A stretch of DNA of 64,000 bases from an uncultured beta proteobacterium (GCA_963709525.1 CAVPXB010000021.1:54442-118441); one strand, 5' to 3'; positions 1 to 9,529 are shown, counted from the first letter of the stretch. Translations and numbers: made by a program. Notes: generated by a model from the letters alone, not told the origin.

Positions 1-984
1 GCGCAGGACCCCGCGGCCAACCCGAAGGACGCGGATCCCGCCAGGCAGCAGCAGGCGCAGCAGCAGAAGCAGCCGCTCAACAACCAGCCGGTCTGGAAGG
101 AAGTTCGTTCCGGACAGCCGCAGACCACGACCGTGCAGGGCCGCGAGACCAACGTGCTGATCCAGTCATACGGGCAGACGTGGCGCGCGGTGCGGGTCCC
201 GGTCGCGACGCTACTGGGCGGCCTCATTGCGTTCCAGGTCCTGGCCTTGTTCGGCTATTTTCTTTGGCGTGGCACGATCGAACTTCAGGGCAAGCCGACC
301 GGGCGCCTGATCGAGCGGTTTTCTGCCGCCAAGAGGTTTGCGCACTGGACGATGGGGCTGACGTTCGTGACGCTGGGTGCGACCGGGCTCATCATCACCT
401 TCGGCAAGTCGATCCTGCTGCCGATCATCGGCTACACGCTCTTCTCGTGGCTCGCCACGATCGCCAAGAACCTCCACAATTTCACCGGGCCGATCTTCTC
501 CGTCGCGCTGCCCATCTTCATCGCGATGTACTTCAAGGACAACCTGCCGCAGGCGCACGATTGGCAGTGGTTCGCGAAGTTCGGCGGCATGCTCGACCGC
601 AGCGGTAACACGCACGTGCCTTCCGGCAAGTTCAATGCCGGCGAGAAAGGGCAGTTCTGGTCGCTGGTCGTCGGCATCAGCGCCGTGCTGGTGGTCACCG
701 GCTACATCCTCGATTTCCCGAATTTCGACCAGACGCGGCAGACGATGCAGATCGCGAACATCATCCACATGACCGCCGGACTCATCGGCATCAGCATGGC
801 GATACTGCACCTGTACATGGGCACGGTGGGGATGCGTGGCGCCTACGACGCGATGCGCTACGGCTATGTCGACGAGACCTGGGCGAAGGAGCACCACGAA
901 CTCTGGTACAAGGAAGTGATGTCGGGCAAGGTTGCGCAGGGGCAGCAACCCGCGGCGCCGGTGCCGCAAGGCCGGCCGGCCTGA
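1..984 (+). CDS. formate dehydrogenase gamma (cytochrome b) subunit, 5' end outside window
   Basis: The frame is open from base 1, so the track start at 133 is only an internal GTG. Four-TM b-type cytochrome pattern with FdoI/FdnI-like C-terminus 'YVDETWAKEHHELWYKEV'. Gln-rich N-terminal extension continues upstream of the window. Confidence 0.8.
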   Translation, partial: AQDPAANPKDADPARQQQAQQQKQPLNNQPVWKEVRSGQPQTTTVQGRETNVLIQSYGQTWRAVRVPVATLLGGLIAFQVLALFGYFLWRGTIELQGKPTGRLIERFSAAKRFAHWTMGLTFVTLGATGLIITFGKSILLPIIGYTLFSWLATIAKNLHNFTGPIFSVALPIFIAMYFKDNLPQAHDWQWFAKFGGMLDRSGNTHVPSGKFNAGEKGQFWSLVVGISAVLVVTGYILDFPNFDQTRQTMQIANIIHMTAGLIGISMAILHLYMGTVGMRGAYDAMRYGYVDETWAKEHHELWYKEVMSGKVAQGQQPAAPVPQGRPA

Positions 985-1010
985 GCTCATCCACGATAGG
1001 GGAAGCAACA

Positions 1011-1343
1011 ATGACGACGTTGCGAGCGATTCTTTCGGCGCTGCTGGTGGTTGGAACCTTTGGCGTGGCGATTGCGAAACTGCCGCCGCCGCCGCCGCTG
1101 ACCGACGCGCAAAAGGCGGCGGCGGAAGAGAAGAACGCAAAGGATGCCGTGGCGGCGGATGCCGCCAAGGCGGCGCAGGCGCGCGCCGAGGACCGCGTGG
1201 CGGCGCGTTATTTCGCCGAGGCCAGGGCGCAGGGCAAGGCTGTTGCCGCGCCGCAAATGCCGGCCTCCGCGCCTGCAGCCACCGTGCCCGCGAAGCCGGC
1301 CCCGGCCGCCAAGGCAGCCGCCGCGGCGCCGGCGAAGAAGTGA
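1011..1343 (+). CDS. small secreted Ala/Pro/Lys-rich hypothetical protein
   Basis: ATG lies 27 nt after the FDH gamma stop. Signal-peptide-like N-terminus 'MTTLRAILSALLVVGTFGVAIA', followed by a PPPPP run and a low-complexity A/K/P tail. No family recognised. Confidence 0.5.
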   Translation: MTTLRAILSALLVVGTFGVAIAKLPPPPPLTDAQKAAAEEKNAKDAVAADAAKAAQARAEDRVAARYFAEARAQGKAVAAPQMPASAPAATVPAKPAPAAKAAAAAPAKK

Positions 1344-1353
1344 TCGAGCGCGT

Positions 1354-1692
1354 TCAGCGCCGTGTCTCGCCTTCCGGTGCGGTTTGCGGGACGGCATACA
1401 GCGCGGAAACAGACACCTGGTCATCGACCAGCGTCACCGTCGCCTTCCGCCGGTTGTCGCCGGTATCGCTGTACTCGAAGCCGTAGACACGCCGGAGCGT
1501 GAGGCGGCCTTCGTCATCGCGTGCCGGCCAGACGGATTCGAGCCCGACTGTGTCGTCGAGAAACAGCAATCCCTCCGCCCTGCAGGCGGCCCGGATTGCC
1601 GCATTGGCAGCCTCCCGCGCCTTGAGGCTATCCCAGAAGAACCAGCCGCCGGCTGCAAGCAGCAGCAAGCCGAGGAATTCCGGCGTCCCCAT
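1354..1692 (-). CDS. DUF3301-like small membrane protein
   Basis: Internal ATG at 1692 of ORF 1354..2010. N-terminal TM 'LGLLLLAAGGWFFW' followed by 'AIRAACRAEGLLFLDDTV', which matches my memory of DUF3301. Confidence 0.65.
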   Translation of the reverse strand: MGTPEFLGLLLLAAGGWFFWDSLKAREAANAAIRAACRAEGLLFLDDTVGLESVWPARDDEGRLTLRRVYGFEYSDTGDNRRKATVTLVDDQVSVSALYAVPQTAPEGETRR

Positions 1693-1781
1693 GATTCCTG
1701 CACTCCAATGCGCGTCGGGTGTCGGTTCGAGTACTTGCTGCCATCTTGCGTGGTCCCGCAGCGCGAGTCTAACCAAGAATC

Positions 1782-2237
1782 TCAGGCGGCGGAATCCTTG
1801 CGCGGATGGCTGTGACTCGACAGTTGCTTGATTGCCAGCGCCGCAATCGACGCGCCCACGGCGGCAATCGTCACCGGGTCGCCAGCGAGCGCATCCAGCA
1901 GTTGGGCGATGAGTGTCGGATTGCTCTGCTGCACGTAGCGCGCAAGTTCGTACACCTGACCCGAGGTGGCGAGCGCCGCATCTTCGACCGACACTGAAAT
2001 CTGCGGCCACCTCGCTTGCGCGACATATTTGGCGAATGCGCCACCACTGACGACGACCAGTGCCAGTGGACCCACCGACCTCAGCAGACGATCCAGCATA
2101 CGCGCGCGCAGGCCGACATTGAGGCGATCGAACACGTGCGCAATGATGGCGGGCGGCGGCAGGGCATTGGCTGCGCCGCGCGGCAATGTCGCGTCGCCGG
2201 GGGGCGCCGCAGGGGAGTGTTTGAAGTGTGCTTTCAC
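1782..2237 (-). CDS. hypothetical protein (151 aa)
   Basis: Intact ORF with ordinary amino-acid composition, unlike the Arg/Pro-rich shadow ORFs around it. No family recognised. Confidence 0.45.
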   Translation of the reverse strand: MKAHFKHSPAAPPGDATLPRGAANALPPPAIIAHVFDRLNVGLRARMLDRLLRSVGPLALVVVSGGAFAKYVAQARWPQISVSVEDAALATSGQVYELARYVQQSNPTLIAQLLDALAGDPVTIAAVGASIAALAIKQLSSHSHPRKDSAA

Positions 2238-2651
2238 GCAGGGTTCCTTTCCAGAAACGGTGGACCCGCGATCGCCGAGGCGAGCGAAGAACGGGTTGCG
2301 GAGCCCCCCTGGTTGCCGCAGAGCGGCGGGGGGCAGGAGCCTTTGGTGGCTATGACGACGTCATGTCTGACCGATCACCGCAACGGAAGTTCCCACCCCA
2401 GGCCGGGGGGCGTCCGGAACGCGCATGAGGTCAGTATCGCGTGTCCTTGCGGTGGGCAAACCGATCCGGCACCGCGAATCGGACCGCGGCGGCGGCCAGG
2501 ACGTCGGCGTGCCCGAGCATCGGGCCGTCACCCAATTCAAATCGCTCTCGAGCAAACGCGCAGGGCACTCTCGCGCACACCCGGGGACCCGGCGCAGACA
2601 AGCGACGCGACGGGTTGCATTACCGGCAGCGCTTTCCAGCGCCACCCCTCC

Positions 2652-2682
2652 AAGAGAAAAAGCCACTGTTGCGCAATGGCTT
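2652..2682 (-). terminator. intrinsic terminator downstream of tRNA-Ser
   Basis: Minus-strand RNA AGCCAUUG-CGCAA-CAGUGGCU forms an 8-bp stem with one G.U pair, followed by UUUUUCUCUU. It lies 14 nt after the tRNA 3' end. Confidence 0.55.
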
Positions 2683-2695
2683 TCTCGGTTCCATC

Positions 2696-2785
2696 TGGCG
2701 GAGAGATAGGGATTCGAACCCTAGATACGCTTCCGCGTATACTTGATTTCGAGTCAAGCGCCTTCGACCACTCGGCCATCTCTCC
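2696..2785 (-). tRNA. tRNA-Ser (anticodon CGA), CCA encoded
   Basis: Reverse complement is GGAGAGATGGCCGAGTGGTCGAAGGCGCTTGACTCGAAATCAAG...GGGTTCGAATCCCTATCTCTCCGCCA. It has a 7-bp acceptor stem, anticodon loop CTCGAAA, a long variable arm and a TTCGAATC T-loop. Confidence 0.92.
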
Positions 2786-2795
2786 GCAGCCGAAC

Positions 2796-2801
2796 ATTAT
2801 A
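2796..2801 (-). promoter_or_regulatory. putative -10 box (TATAAT) for tRNA-Ser
   Basis: Perfect TATAAT on the minus strand, 10 nt upstream of the mature tRNA 5' end. No good -35 found. Confidence 0.35.
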
Positions 2802-2909
2802 GCCTGCCCTTCCGGGATCAGGAAAAATCTGCGGCTACAAAGCTTCAAATCTCCCGATTGCGCGGATGCCGGCGCGATCCCGGAACACGCAAAAACACGC
2901 TCACGCCGC

Positions 2910-5093
2910 TCAGATCCGCGAGCAGAACACCGCTGCGCGGGGACCGTCGCCCTCGGGCACCCACGCCTTGTTGATCATTCCGCGGCGCACGGAGAGATCG
3001 ATCGTGTAGCGATGATTCGCGTCACGGCGATTGTTGAAGAAGCGATATACCGGTGTCGTGTCGTCGGGACAGGCGCCGGTGGCGTCGGGAACCTCGATGT
3101 AGAACGCGTCGGGCTGCTCGAGCGTCCACACCCCCGGCCAGCGGTTTTGAACGAACTGGCACTCTGCCGCGTCGGCGGTGAAGTAGTGCGAGTCGATCAG
3201 CAACCCGGGGCGGGCGTAGAAGCGGCATACGGGATGCGCCGATGGGGGTGCCAGCGCGGGGTCGGCGAACGCGTAGAAGAAGTAGCCGGTGCGCTGGAGT
3301 GCGCCGCTCGGTGCGCTGTCCAGCAGAGCGATCTCGTCGGCCGACGCGGTGATGAAGTAGTGATCGAGCACCGGGTCGTAATACTCGAACACCGGAACGG
3401 TGCCGGGCGGCGGATTGAGCGAGCCGGGCGGCGTTGATGCCAGTGCAAGACCGGCGTCCAGCATACCCGCGCCGCATAGTCCGCCGACGCGACAGGTGGT
3501 GCCCGGCGGGAACTCGCGCGCCGTCCCCTGGAGGATGTCGAGCACGCGTCCGGCGGTGAGTGACGGGTTGCGCGAGAGCATCAACGAAGCGGTGCCGGCG
3601 ACATAAGGTGCGGCGAAGCTGGTGCCGATACCATGACTGAACCCGGGATTGTCTGGAACCGTCGCGCCATCGTTCGACGTCGAGACAATTGCGTCGCTGT
3701 TGGTGCCGCCATCGCCGGACGGCGCCGACAGATCGATGCGGCGACCGTAGTTCGAATAGAACGCGCGCTCGCCGCTGCGGTTGTGCGCGCCGACGGTGAT
3801 GACACCGCTGCAATTCGCAGGCGCATAACCGGTGGCGTCATCCGTTTCGTTGCCGGCGGCGACGACCACGACGGAGCCTTGCGCGAGTGCATCGTCGATC
3901 GCTTCCTGGAGCGCCTGCGCGCACGCCCCGGCACCGCCCAGGCTCATGTTGATGACCCGGGCCGGATTCGGGTTTGCGGGAACGCCGGTGGTGGCCACGC
4001 CCGAAGCCCACAGCATGCCCTCGAACACGTCCTCGTCGGTGCCGCCGCATTTGCCCAGCGTGCGCACAGGCAGGATCGACGCGTTCCAGTTGAGGCCCGC
4101 GATGCCCTGGCCGTTGTCGGCATTGGCCGCGAGCTGGCCGGCGATGAAAGTGCCGTGCCACGAGCTGTCCTGCGCCGCGTAGCCGTCGCAGTCGCTGTTT
4201 TCGATCCAGTCGCCCTCGTCCCGCGCATTGGCGTCGCGACCGTCGCCGTCGCGGGCGCTCGCGGCATCGCTGATGAAGTCGTACCCGGGCAGGATGCGCC
4301 CGGCGAGGTCAGGGTGCGGCACGATGCCGGTATCGACGACGGCGATCGTGATGTCGGCGCTCCCCTGCTGAATGTTCCATGCCGATGGCGCATCGATGCC
4401 CGACAAGGCGTCGGACAGCGCCCATTGTTCACCATACATCGGGTCGTTCGGAATGGTGCGTGCGAATTTTCGCAACACCGGATCGGCGAACTGCACCGCG
4501 GCATCCTCCTGCAACAGCGCCGCAAGCTGCGTCAGCTTCGCGGGGGACTGTGCCTGCGCGAGTTGCAGCACCCAGACGTCGCCGATCTGCCGGCTCGCAG
4601 CGAGCGGCACGCCGATCCGTTCGCCGAAACGTGGCGCAAGAACAGACCAGTCCGCAGCGACCCCGTCCCTGAGTCGCAGGAGGAGCTTGTTGCCGGGAGC
4701 GCCCGCGCTGGCTCGCGTTGCGCGCTTCGGCGCGGCGTTCGGTTTGACCACCTCGGCCCACAACACCGCACGATCGTTGCGCAGGCTTCGCGCGATGCTG
4801 GCAACCCCGGCTTCATGGGGGACGTCGGCGACCAGAAACTCGAGCCCGCCGGTGCGCGTGGTTCCGGCAAGCGTGAGCGACGCGCCGGCGATCGCTTCGA
4901 GCCTGGCGAGGCGTGCCGCGGAAAGCTCGCCTCGCGGCGCGGCTTGCGGATGCAGCATCAGGCGCAAACGCGTCTCCTCCTGCGCCTGCGCCGGAGCGGC
5001 CGTGGCAGCGAGCAGCAGCAGTCCTCCCAGCAGCCACGTGCTCACCCGCACAGACATCGGCATATCGCAGGTCGGCGGCAGGGGGCGGCGCAT
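2910..5093 (-). CDS. secreted subtilisin-like (S8) serine protease with C-terminal triple repeat domain
   Basis: Start chosen at ATG 5093 (alternatives 5063 and 5057), ahead of signal peptide 'VSTWLLGGLLLLAATAAPAQA'. Catalytic motifs 'VVDTGI' (Asp), 'HGTFIAG' (His), 'AAGNE' and 'GTSFAAPYVAG' (Ser). Three C-terminal repeats end in HYFIT, HYFT and HRYT. Confidence 0.85.
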   Translation of the reverse strand: MRRPLPPTCDMPMSVRVSTWLLGGLLLLAATAAPAQAQEETRLRLMLHPQAAPRGELSAARLARLEAIAGASLTLAGTTRTGGLEFLVADVPHEAGVASIARSLRNDRAVLWAEVVKPNAAPKRATRASAGAPGNKLLLRLRDGVAADWSVLAPRFGERIGVPLAASRQIGDVWVLQLAQAQSPAKLTQLAALLQEDAAVQFADPVLRKFARTIPNDPMYGEQWALSDALSGIDAPSAWNIQQGSADITIAVVDTGIVPHPDLAGRILPGYDFISDAASARDGDGRDANARDEGDWIENSDCDGYAAQDSSWHGTFIAGQLAANADNGQGIAGLNWNASILPVRTLGKCGGTDEDVFEGMLWASGVATTGVPANPNPARVINMSLGGAGACAQALQEAIDDALAQGSVVVVAAGNETDDATGYAPANCSGVITVGAHNRSGERAFYSNYGRRIDLSAPSGDGGTNSDAIVSTSNDGATVPDNPGFSHGIGTSFAAPYVAGTASLMLSRNPSLTAGRVLDILQGTAREFPPGTTCRVGGLCGAGMLDAGLALASTPPGSLNPPPGTVPVFEYYDPVLDHYFITASADEIALLDSAPSGALQRTGYFFYAFADPALAPPSAHPVCRFYARPGLLIDSHYFTADAAECQFVQNRWPGVWTLEQPDAFYIEVPDATGACPDDTTPVYRFFNNRRDANHRYTIDLSVRRGMINKAWVPEGDGPRAAVFCSRI

Positions 5094-5337
5094 GGCGAAC
5101 TCCTTCGGTGGCTGAGACGGTCGGGAACATCGGGGCGACGACGAATGGCCGACAAGGCGAAGCCTGTTCCGCCGAAACGCGCGAAGCACCACTTTCATGA
5201 CAATGGTATCCGATGGCAACGCGAGTTCCCAGCATCCGGGGTGCACGTCTGGCTGCGGTTTTCCGCCGGCGATCAGCGCCGGCCGCGCGAGGGCAGGCGT
5301 CGAGCGGCCTTCGGGACGACGCCGGGGAACCCGGGCG

Positions 5338-6177
5338 TCAGTCGGCAGCCGGATGCACGGCCTTGGGCGGCCGCTGATGCGCCAGCTCTTCACGGAACGG
5401 CGCGAGCGCAGTCACCATCTGCGCAAAGATCCGGGGATTGCCGGCAATCACCTGGCCGCCGTGAAGGAAGTTGCTGTCGCCGGCAAGATCGCCGATCAGC
5501 CCGCCGGCTTCCTGCACCAGCAGGCTTCCCGCTGCCACATCCCAGGGATTGAGGCCGACTTCCCAGAAGCCATCGTAAAACCCTGCCGCGACGCAAGCGA
5601 GGTCGAGCGCCGCGGCACCCGGGCGCCGCAAGCCCGCCGTCTGCTCGATCATCGCCTTCATCATGCGCAGGTAGGTGTCGAGATAGCTGCCATCCCGGAA
5701 CGGAAACCCGGTGCCGATGAGGGAGTCGCGCAGGTGATAACGGCGCGACACGCGGATGCGCCGTTCATTGAGGAACGCGCCACGGCCGCGCGTCGCGGTG
5801 AACAGATCGTTGCGCACCGGGTCGAAGACGACGCCTTGCGTGACCTGCCCGCGCTGCGCCAATGCAATCGACACGCAATATTGCGGGAAGCCGTGGAGAA
5901 AGTTGGTCGTGCCGTCAAGCGGATCGATGATCCAGACGTTTTCTGCATCGGCGTTCGCGCCTTTGGCCGTTCCTTCCTCTGCTAGAATCGCATGGCTCGG
6001 ATAGGCTTCGAGCAGCGTGTCGACGATCGCGCTTTCCGCGGCACGGTCGACCTCGCTCACGAAATCCTTCGGTCCCTTGGTGGTGATCGTCAGGAGGTCG
6101 AGTTCGCGCGCGCCACGATTGATGATGTTGCCGGCGCGGCGTGCGGCTTTTACCGCGATCGTGAGCATCGGGTGCAT
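5338..6177 (-). CDS. suhB: inositol monophosphatase family protein SuhB
   Basis: Start '[16 protein letters not shown]' resembles E. coli SuhB. Contains the '[12 protein letters not shown]' metal-binding motif. Divergent from trmJ, as in E. coli. Confidence 0.85.
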   Translation of the reverse strand: MHPMLTIAVKAARRAGNIINRGARELDLLTITTKGPKDFVSEVDRAAESAIVDTLLEAYPSHAILAEEGTAKGANADAENVWIIDPLDGTTNFLHGFPQYCVSIALAQRGQVTQGVVFDPVRNDLFTATRGRGAFLNERRIRVSRRYHLRDSLIGTGFPFRDGSYLDTYLRMMKAMIEQTAGLRRPGAAALDLACVAAGFYDGFWEVGLNPWDVAAGSLLVQEAGGLIGDLAGDSNFLHGGQVIAGNPRIFAQMVTALAPFREELAHQRPPKAVHPAAD

Positions 6178-6280
6178 GGTCGGATTGTTCCGCCCCGGGG
6201 CGGCAGGTGCCGCGCGTGGTGGAGCGCAAAGAACGAAACGCCTATTGTACGCCGCCGACGCCAACTCCTGCCGCCGTTCC

Positions 6281-7006
6281 ATGGCTTCTCCCCTCGACCG
6301 AATCCGCATCGTTCTCATGGCGACCAGCCATGCCGGCAACATCGGCGCGGCGGCGCGCGCGATGATGACGATGGGCGTGCGCTCGCTCGTGCTGGTCAAT
6401 CCCCGCTGCTTCCCGGATCCGGACGCGGCCGCGAGGGCTTCGGGCGCGACCGCAATTCTCGATGCTGCGCGCGTCGTGGCCACGCTGGCCGACGCGATCG
6501 CAGGCTGCGCGCTGGCGATCGGGTTGTCGGCACGGCCGCGAGAGTTCGCGGGGCAGGTGCTGGCACTCCGCGCTGCGGCGCGTGCCGCCGTCGCTCACGC
6601 TGCGCATGGCGACGTGGCGCTCGTGTTCGGCACCGAGATGTCGGGCTTGACCAACGACGAGCTCGCGCGCTGCGGCATTGTGGCGACCATTCCCACCAAC
6701 GCGGACTACGCTTCGCTCAATCTCGCGTCCGCCGTGCAGGTGGCATGCTACGAGTTGCGCATCGCGGCGCTAGGCGACGAAGTCTGGCAACCGCCGCGGT
6801 TTGCGCCCGCGACGACCGACGCGATCGCAGCGCTCGACGCCCACGCGCAGCGCACGCTCACCGACATGCGCTTTCTCAATCCCCGGATGCCCAAGCGCCT
6901 GATGCCGCGCCTTCGCCGGCTGTTCGGTCGCGCGGGATTGGAGAAGGAGGAGGTCAACATCCTCCGCGGCATCCTGGCCCGCATCGACGACGTTCTGCGC
7001 CGGTGA
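6281..7006 (+). CDS. trmJ: tRNA (cytidine/uridine-2'-O)-methyltransferase TrmJ (SpoU/TrmH class)
   Basis: Internal ATG 6281 of ORF 6017..7006. N-terminus '[25 protein letters not shown]' and SPOUT motif '[16 protein letters not shown]'. Conserved position between suhB and the isc cluster. Confidence 0.8.
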   Translation: MASPLDRIRIVLMATSHAGNIGAAARAMMTMGVRSLVLVNPRCFPDPDAAARASGATAILDAARVVATLADAIAGCALAIGLSARPREFAGQVLALRAAARAAVAHAAHGDVALVFGTEMSGLTNDELARCGIVATIPTNADYASLNLASAVQVACYELRIAALGDEVWQPPRFAPATTDAIAALDAHAQRTLTDMRFLNPRMPKRLMPRLRRLFGRAGLEKEEVNILRGILARIDDVLRR

Positions 7007-7515
7007 TGGCCGTCGAGCGCTGGTTCGAGCGTGTCGGCACCGATCTCGCTTCGGCGCAGCGAGAAGCGATCGCGACGATGCTTTCTTCCCATGCGCTTGC
7101 CGGTCGCGCCGGGATCGTCGTCGTCGCGCATTGGCACGAGGCTGCCGCGGCGCTGCATGCGGACGATCGCGACAGTGGCTGGTGGGATTTCGAGGAAGAG
7201 GAGCGCGAACGGCTTTGGGAAGTCGCGTCCATGGCGCATACCGAAGACCAGCTTCTGGTCGCGGTCGAGCAGGCGATCGCAGCGCGCGAACACGCCATCG
7301 ATCTCGCGGTGAAGGCGGTCGTCGCGCGGCACGCGATTGCCGATCCGGAGTGGGGTCGCGCGGCACGTGCAGCGGCGTTGATGGCGGTTCACCAGCAAAC
7401 GCTGGCCCGCCTGGCGAGTGCACCGCCGACCCAGCTGTTCGCGCTCAAGTACCAGCTGTTCGCCGATGGGCGTTGGCCGCTCGGCGTGCAGTCGGGCCGG
7501 TTTCTCATCTACTGA
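7006..7515 (+). CDS. hypothetical protein (169 aa), translationally coupled to trmJ
   Basis: ATG 7006 overlaps the trmJ stop (TGATG). Normal acidic/Ala-rich composition; C-terminus 'FALKYQLFADGRWPLGVQSGRFLIY'. No family recognised. Confidence 0.55.
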   Translation: MAVERWFERVGTDLASAQREAIATMLSSHALAGRAGIVVVAHWHEAAAALHADDRDSGWWDFEEEERERLWEVASMAHTEDQLLVAVEQAIAAREHAIDLAVKAVVARHAIADPEWGRAARAAALMAVHQQTLARLASAPPTQLFALKYQLFADGRWPLGVQSGRFLIY

Positions 7516-7534
7516 CCACGTTGTCCTGCCACCG

Positions 7535-8597
7535 ATGATGCCGACAGCGGCTGCCTCGACCCTGCCCAAGGCAACGCGCTGCCGCAACTGCCGCGCGGTC
7601 GCGACCGGCAACTATTGCCCCGATTGCGGACAGGAGACGCGCGTTGCGCTGCCCACCGCGCGCGAGTTCCTGCGCGAGGCTGCGGGGAGGCTGGTGGCGA
7701 TCGATGGCCGGTTGTGGCGAACCATGTTCGCGTTGCTCGTTCGCCCGGGTTTCCTGACGCGAGAGTATTTGTCCGGACGCCGCCGTCGCTACGTGCGACC
7801 GGCGCGGCTGTTTGTCCTGCTGTCGCTGCTTGCGTTCGCCGTCATCGGGTTCGTTCGGCTCTCCCGCCTTTTTCGCCGACGAGATCGTCTTCACCCGCGA
7901 AAAATCCGGCGCTGCGCCGGAAATGGATGCGGCTGTGAGTCCCCAGGCTTTGGAACCATCCGCCGCGGTCTCCGCGGACGATGCCGATGTCCCATCGTCC
8001 GCGCACGCGAAAGCGGCGGCAAAAGTGAAGTCCGGCGGACGCGACAACTTCATCGCGCTCGAGTTCGGCGGGCGCGACAACTTCATCGCGCTGGACGAGA
8101 ACCTCAATCTCCAGATCCGATTCAACGGCGTCGCTCAGCAGCTGCCGGCGGAGTTGCGCCAGCGTTATCAGCGCTTCAAGCGGATGAACAAGGAGGATCG
8201 GGTCGAGCACCTGTATGCCGGCATGCTCCGCTACGGGCCGACGATGGTGGTGCTGATGCTGCCGATCTTCGCATTCTTGCTGCAACTCGCGTATCTCGGG
8301 CGGGGCAAGCGCTATCCCGGGCGGCCACAGCGCTATGCCGAGCACCTGGTTTACAGCGCGCACCTGCATGCGTTCGCGGCACTGATGGTGATCCTGCTGA
8401 CGCTGCTTCCTTTCGGCTGGGCGCCTGCGGGCATCGTTGTCTGGAGCATCTATTACGTGTTGCGCGCGGGCAATCTCGTCTATGGTGGCAGGCGCTGGGC
8501 AGGAGTCTTGCGGACGCTGGTCGTCGGGCTTGCCTATACGATAGTGGGCGCGATTGCCGTCGCCGGCCTGGTCATCGCGGCGACGATGATGCGGTAA
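7535..8597 (+). CDS. DUF3667-like zinc-ribbon membrane protein, frameshifted as assembled
   Basis: N-terminal part lies in the frame of 7535: 'CRNCRAVATGNYCPDCGQE...REYLSGRRRRYVRPARLFVLLSLLAFAVIGFV'. C-terminal part lies in the frame of 7812: 'FADEIVFTREK...YAEHLVYSAHLHAF...'. The switch coincides with a T5 run at 7869-7873, and removing one T joins the two halves. Confidence 0.6.
8034..8099 (+). repeat. in-frame 33-bp tandem duplication inside the DUF3667-like gene
   Basis: Unit 1 (8034-8066) encodes GGRDNFIALEF and unit 2 (8067-8099) encodes GGRDNFIALDE. A shared 20-nt core 'cgcgacaacttcatcgcgct' is present in both. Confidence 0.75.
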
Positions 8598-8723
8598 CGG
8601 ACCATTGAAAAACTGCTGCGGGGTCGCCGAATAGGGGTGGCAGAGGATGATGGTGGTTGATCTGGCTCAAGCCGCCGTCAAGAGTAGTTGAGCGATGAAC
8701 TCGGAAAATGCGAAAATCGCTGC

Positions 8724-9479
8724 ATGTTCAGTCGTCTTCGTGAAGATATCGCAGTCGTGTTCGAGCGCGACCCCGCGGCCCATTCCGCGTGGGAGGTGCT
8801 GACCTGCTATCCGGGGCTGCACGCGCTGGTATGGCATCGGACGGTATCGCATCGCCTCTGGCGGTGGGGCTGGCGGTGCCTGGCGCGGTGGTTCGCGCAC
8901 TGGGGGCGTTTCCTGACCGGCATCGAGATCCATCCGGGGGCGAAGATCGGGCGCCGGGTGTTCATCGATCACGGGATGGGGGTCGTCATCGGCGAGACCG
9001 CGGAGATTGGCGACGACTGCACGCTCTATCACGGCGTCACCCTTGGCGGCACGTCGTGGAACAAGGGCAAGCGCCACCCAACGCTCGAGCGTGGCGTCGT
9101 CATCGGTGCCGGCGCCAAGGTGCTCGGCCCCATACGAGTGGGCGAGGGTGCGAAGATCGGATCCAACGCAGTGGTCGTGCGCGAGATTCCCGCCGGGGCG
9201 ACGGCAGTCGGCATTCCGGCGCGCATCCTGACCGGTGAGGAGGCCGATCAACGCGAAAACCATTCGATTGCAATGGGTTTTTCCGCGTACGCCATCGCGG
9301 CGGACATGAACGACCCGATGGTGCAGGCCATCCACCGCCTCATCGATCATGCCGCCGCGACTGACGCCCGGATGGAGGCGCTCATCGCGCAGTTGCAGCA
9401 AGACGGCCTCGATTGTGGCGACGCCAAGGCGACTGCCGAGGGTTTCGACCCGCAGCGCCTCAACCAGATGATCGATTGA
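8724..9479 (+). CDS. cysE: serine O-acetyltransferase
   Basis: Start '[19 protein letters not shown]' (upstream ATG 8688 is possible). Left-handed beta-helix hexapeptide repeats '[41 protein letters not shown]'. It sits directly upstream of iscR. Confidence 0.85.
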   Translation: MFSRLREDIAVVFERDPAAHSAWEVLTCYPGLHALVWHRTVSHRLWRWGWRCLARWFAHWGRFLTGIEIHPGAKIGRRVFIDHGMGVVIGETAEIGDDCTLYHGVTLGGTSWNKGKRHPTLERGVVIGAGAKVLGPIRVGEGAKIGSNAVVVREIPAGATAVGIPARILTGEEADQRENHSIAMGFSAYAIAADMNDPMVQAIHRLIDHAAATDARMEALIAQLQQDGLDCGDAKATAEGFDPQRLNQMID

Positions 9480-9504
9480 CGGATCGGCGGAACTTCCGAA
9501 CGCC

Positions 9505-9529
9505 TATCTTGACTAAATTACTCGGAATA
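9505..9529 (+). promoter_or_regulatory. putative IscR type-1 operator overlapping a -35 TTGACT
   Basis: 'TATCTTGACTAAATTACTCGGAATA' matches the core of the remembered type-1 consensus ATASYYGACTRWWWYAGTCRRSTAT at 17 of 18 central positions. It lies about 110 nt upstream of iscR. Confidence 0.45.

Noticed and set aside
2238-2651. About 410-bp gene-free stretch examined for a small RNA, riboswitch or missed CDS.
   Set aside because: ORFs here (2228..2428, 2361..2666, 2425..2709) have shadow-like composition or run into the tRNA. I recognised no known RNA motif. It cannot be supported without a covariance-model search.
1011-2787. Possible genomic island at the 3' side of tRNA-Ser (small hypothetical genes 1011-2237).
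   Set aside because: No integrase, no partial tRNA direct repeat and no obvious compositional break seen, so support is insufficient.
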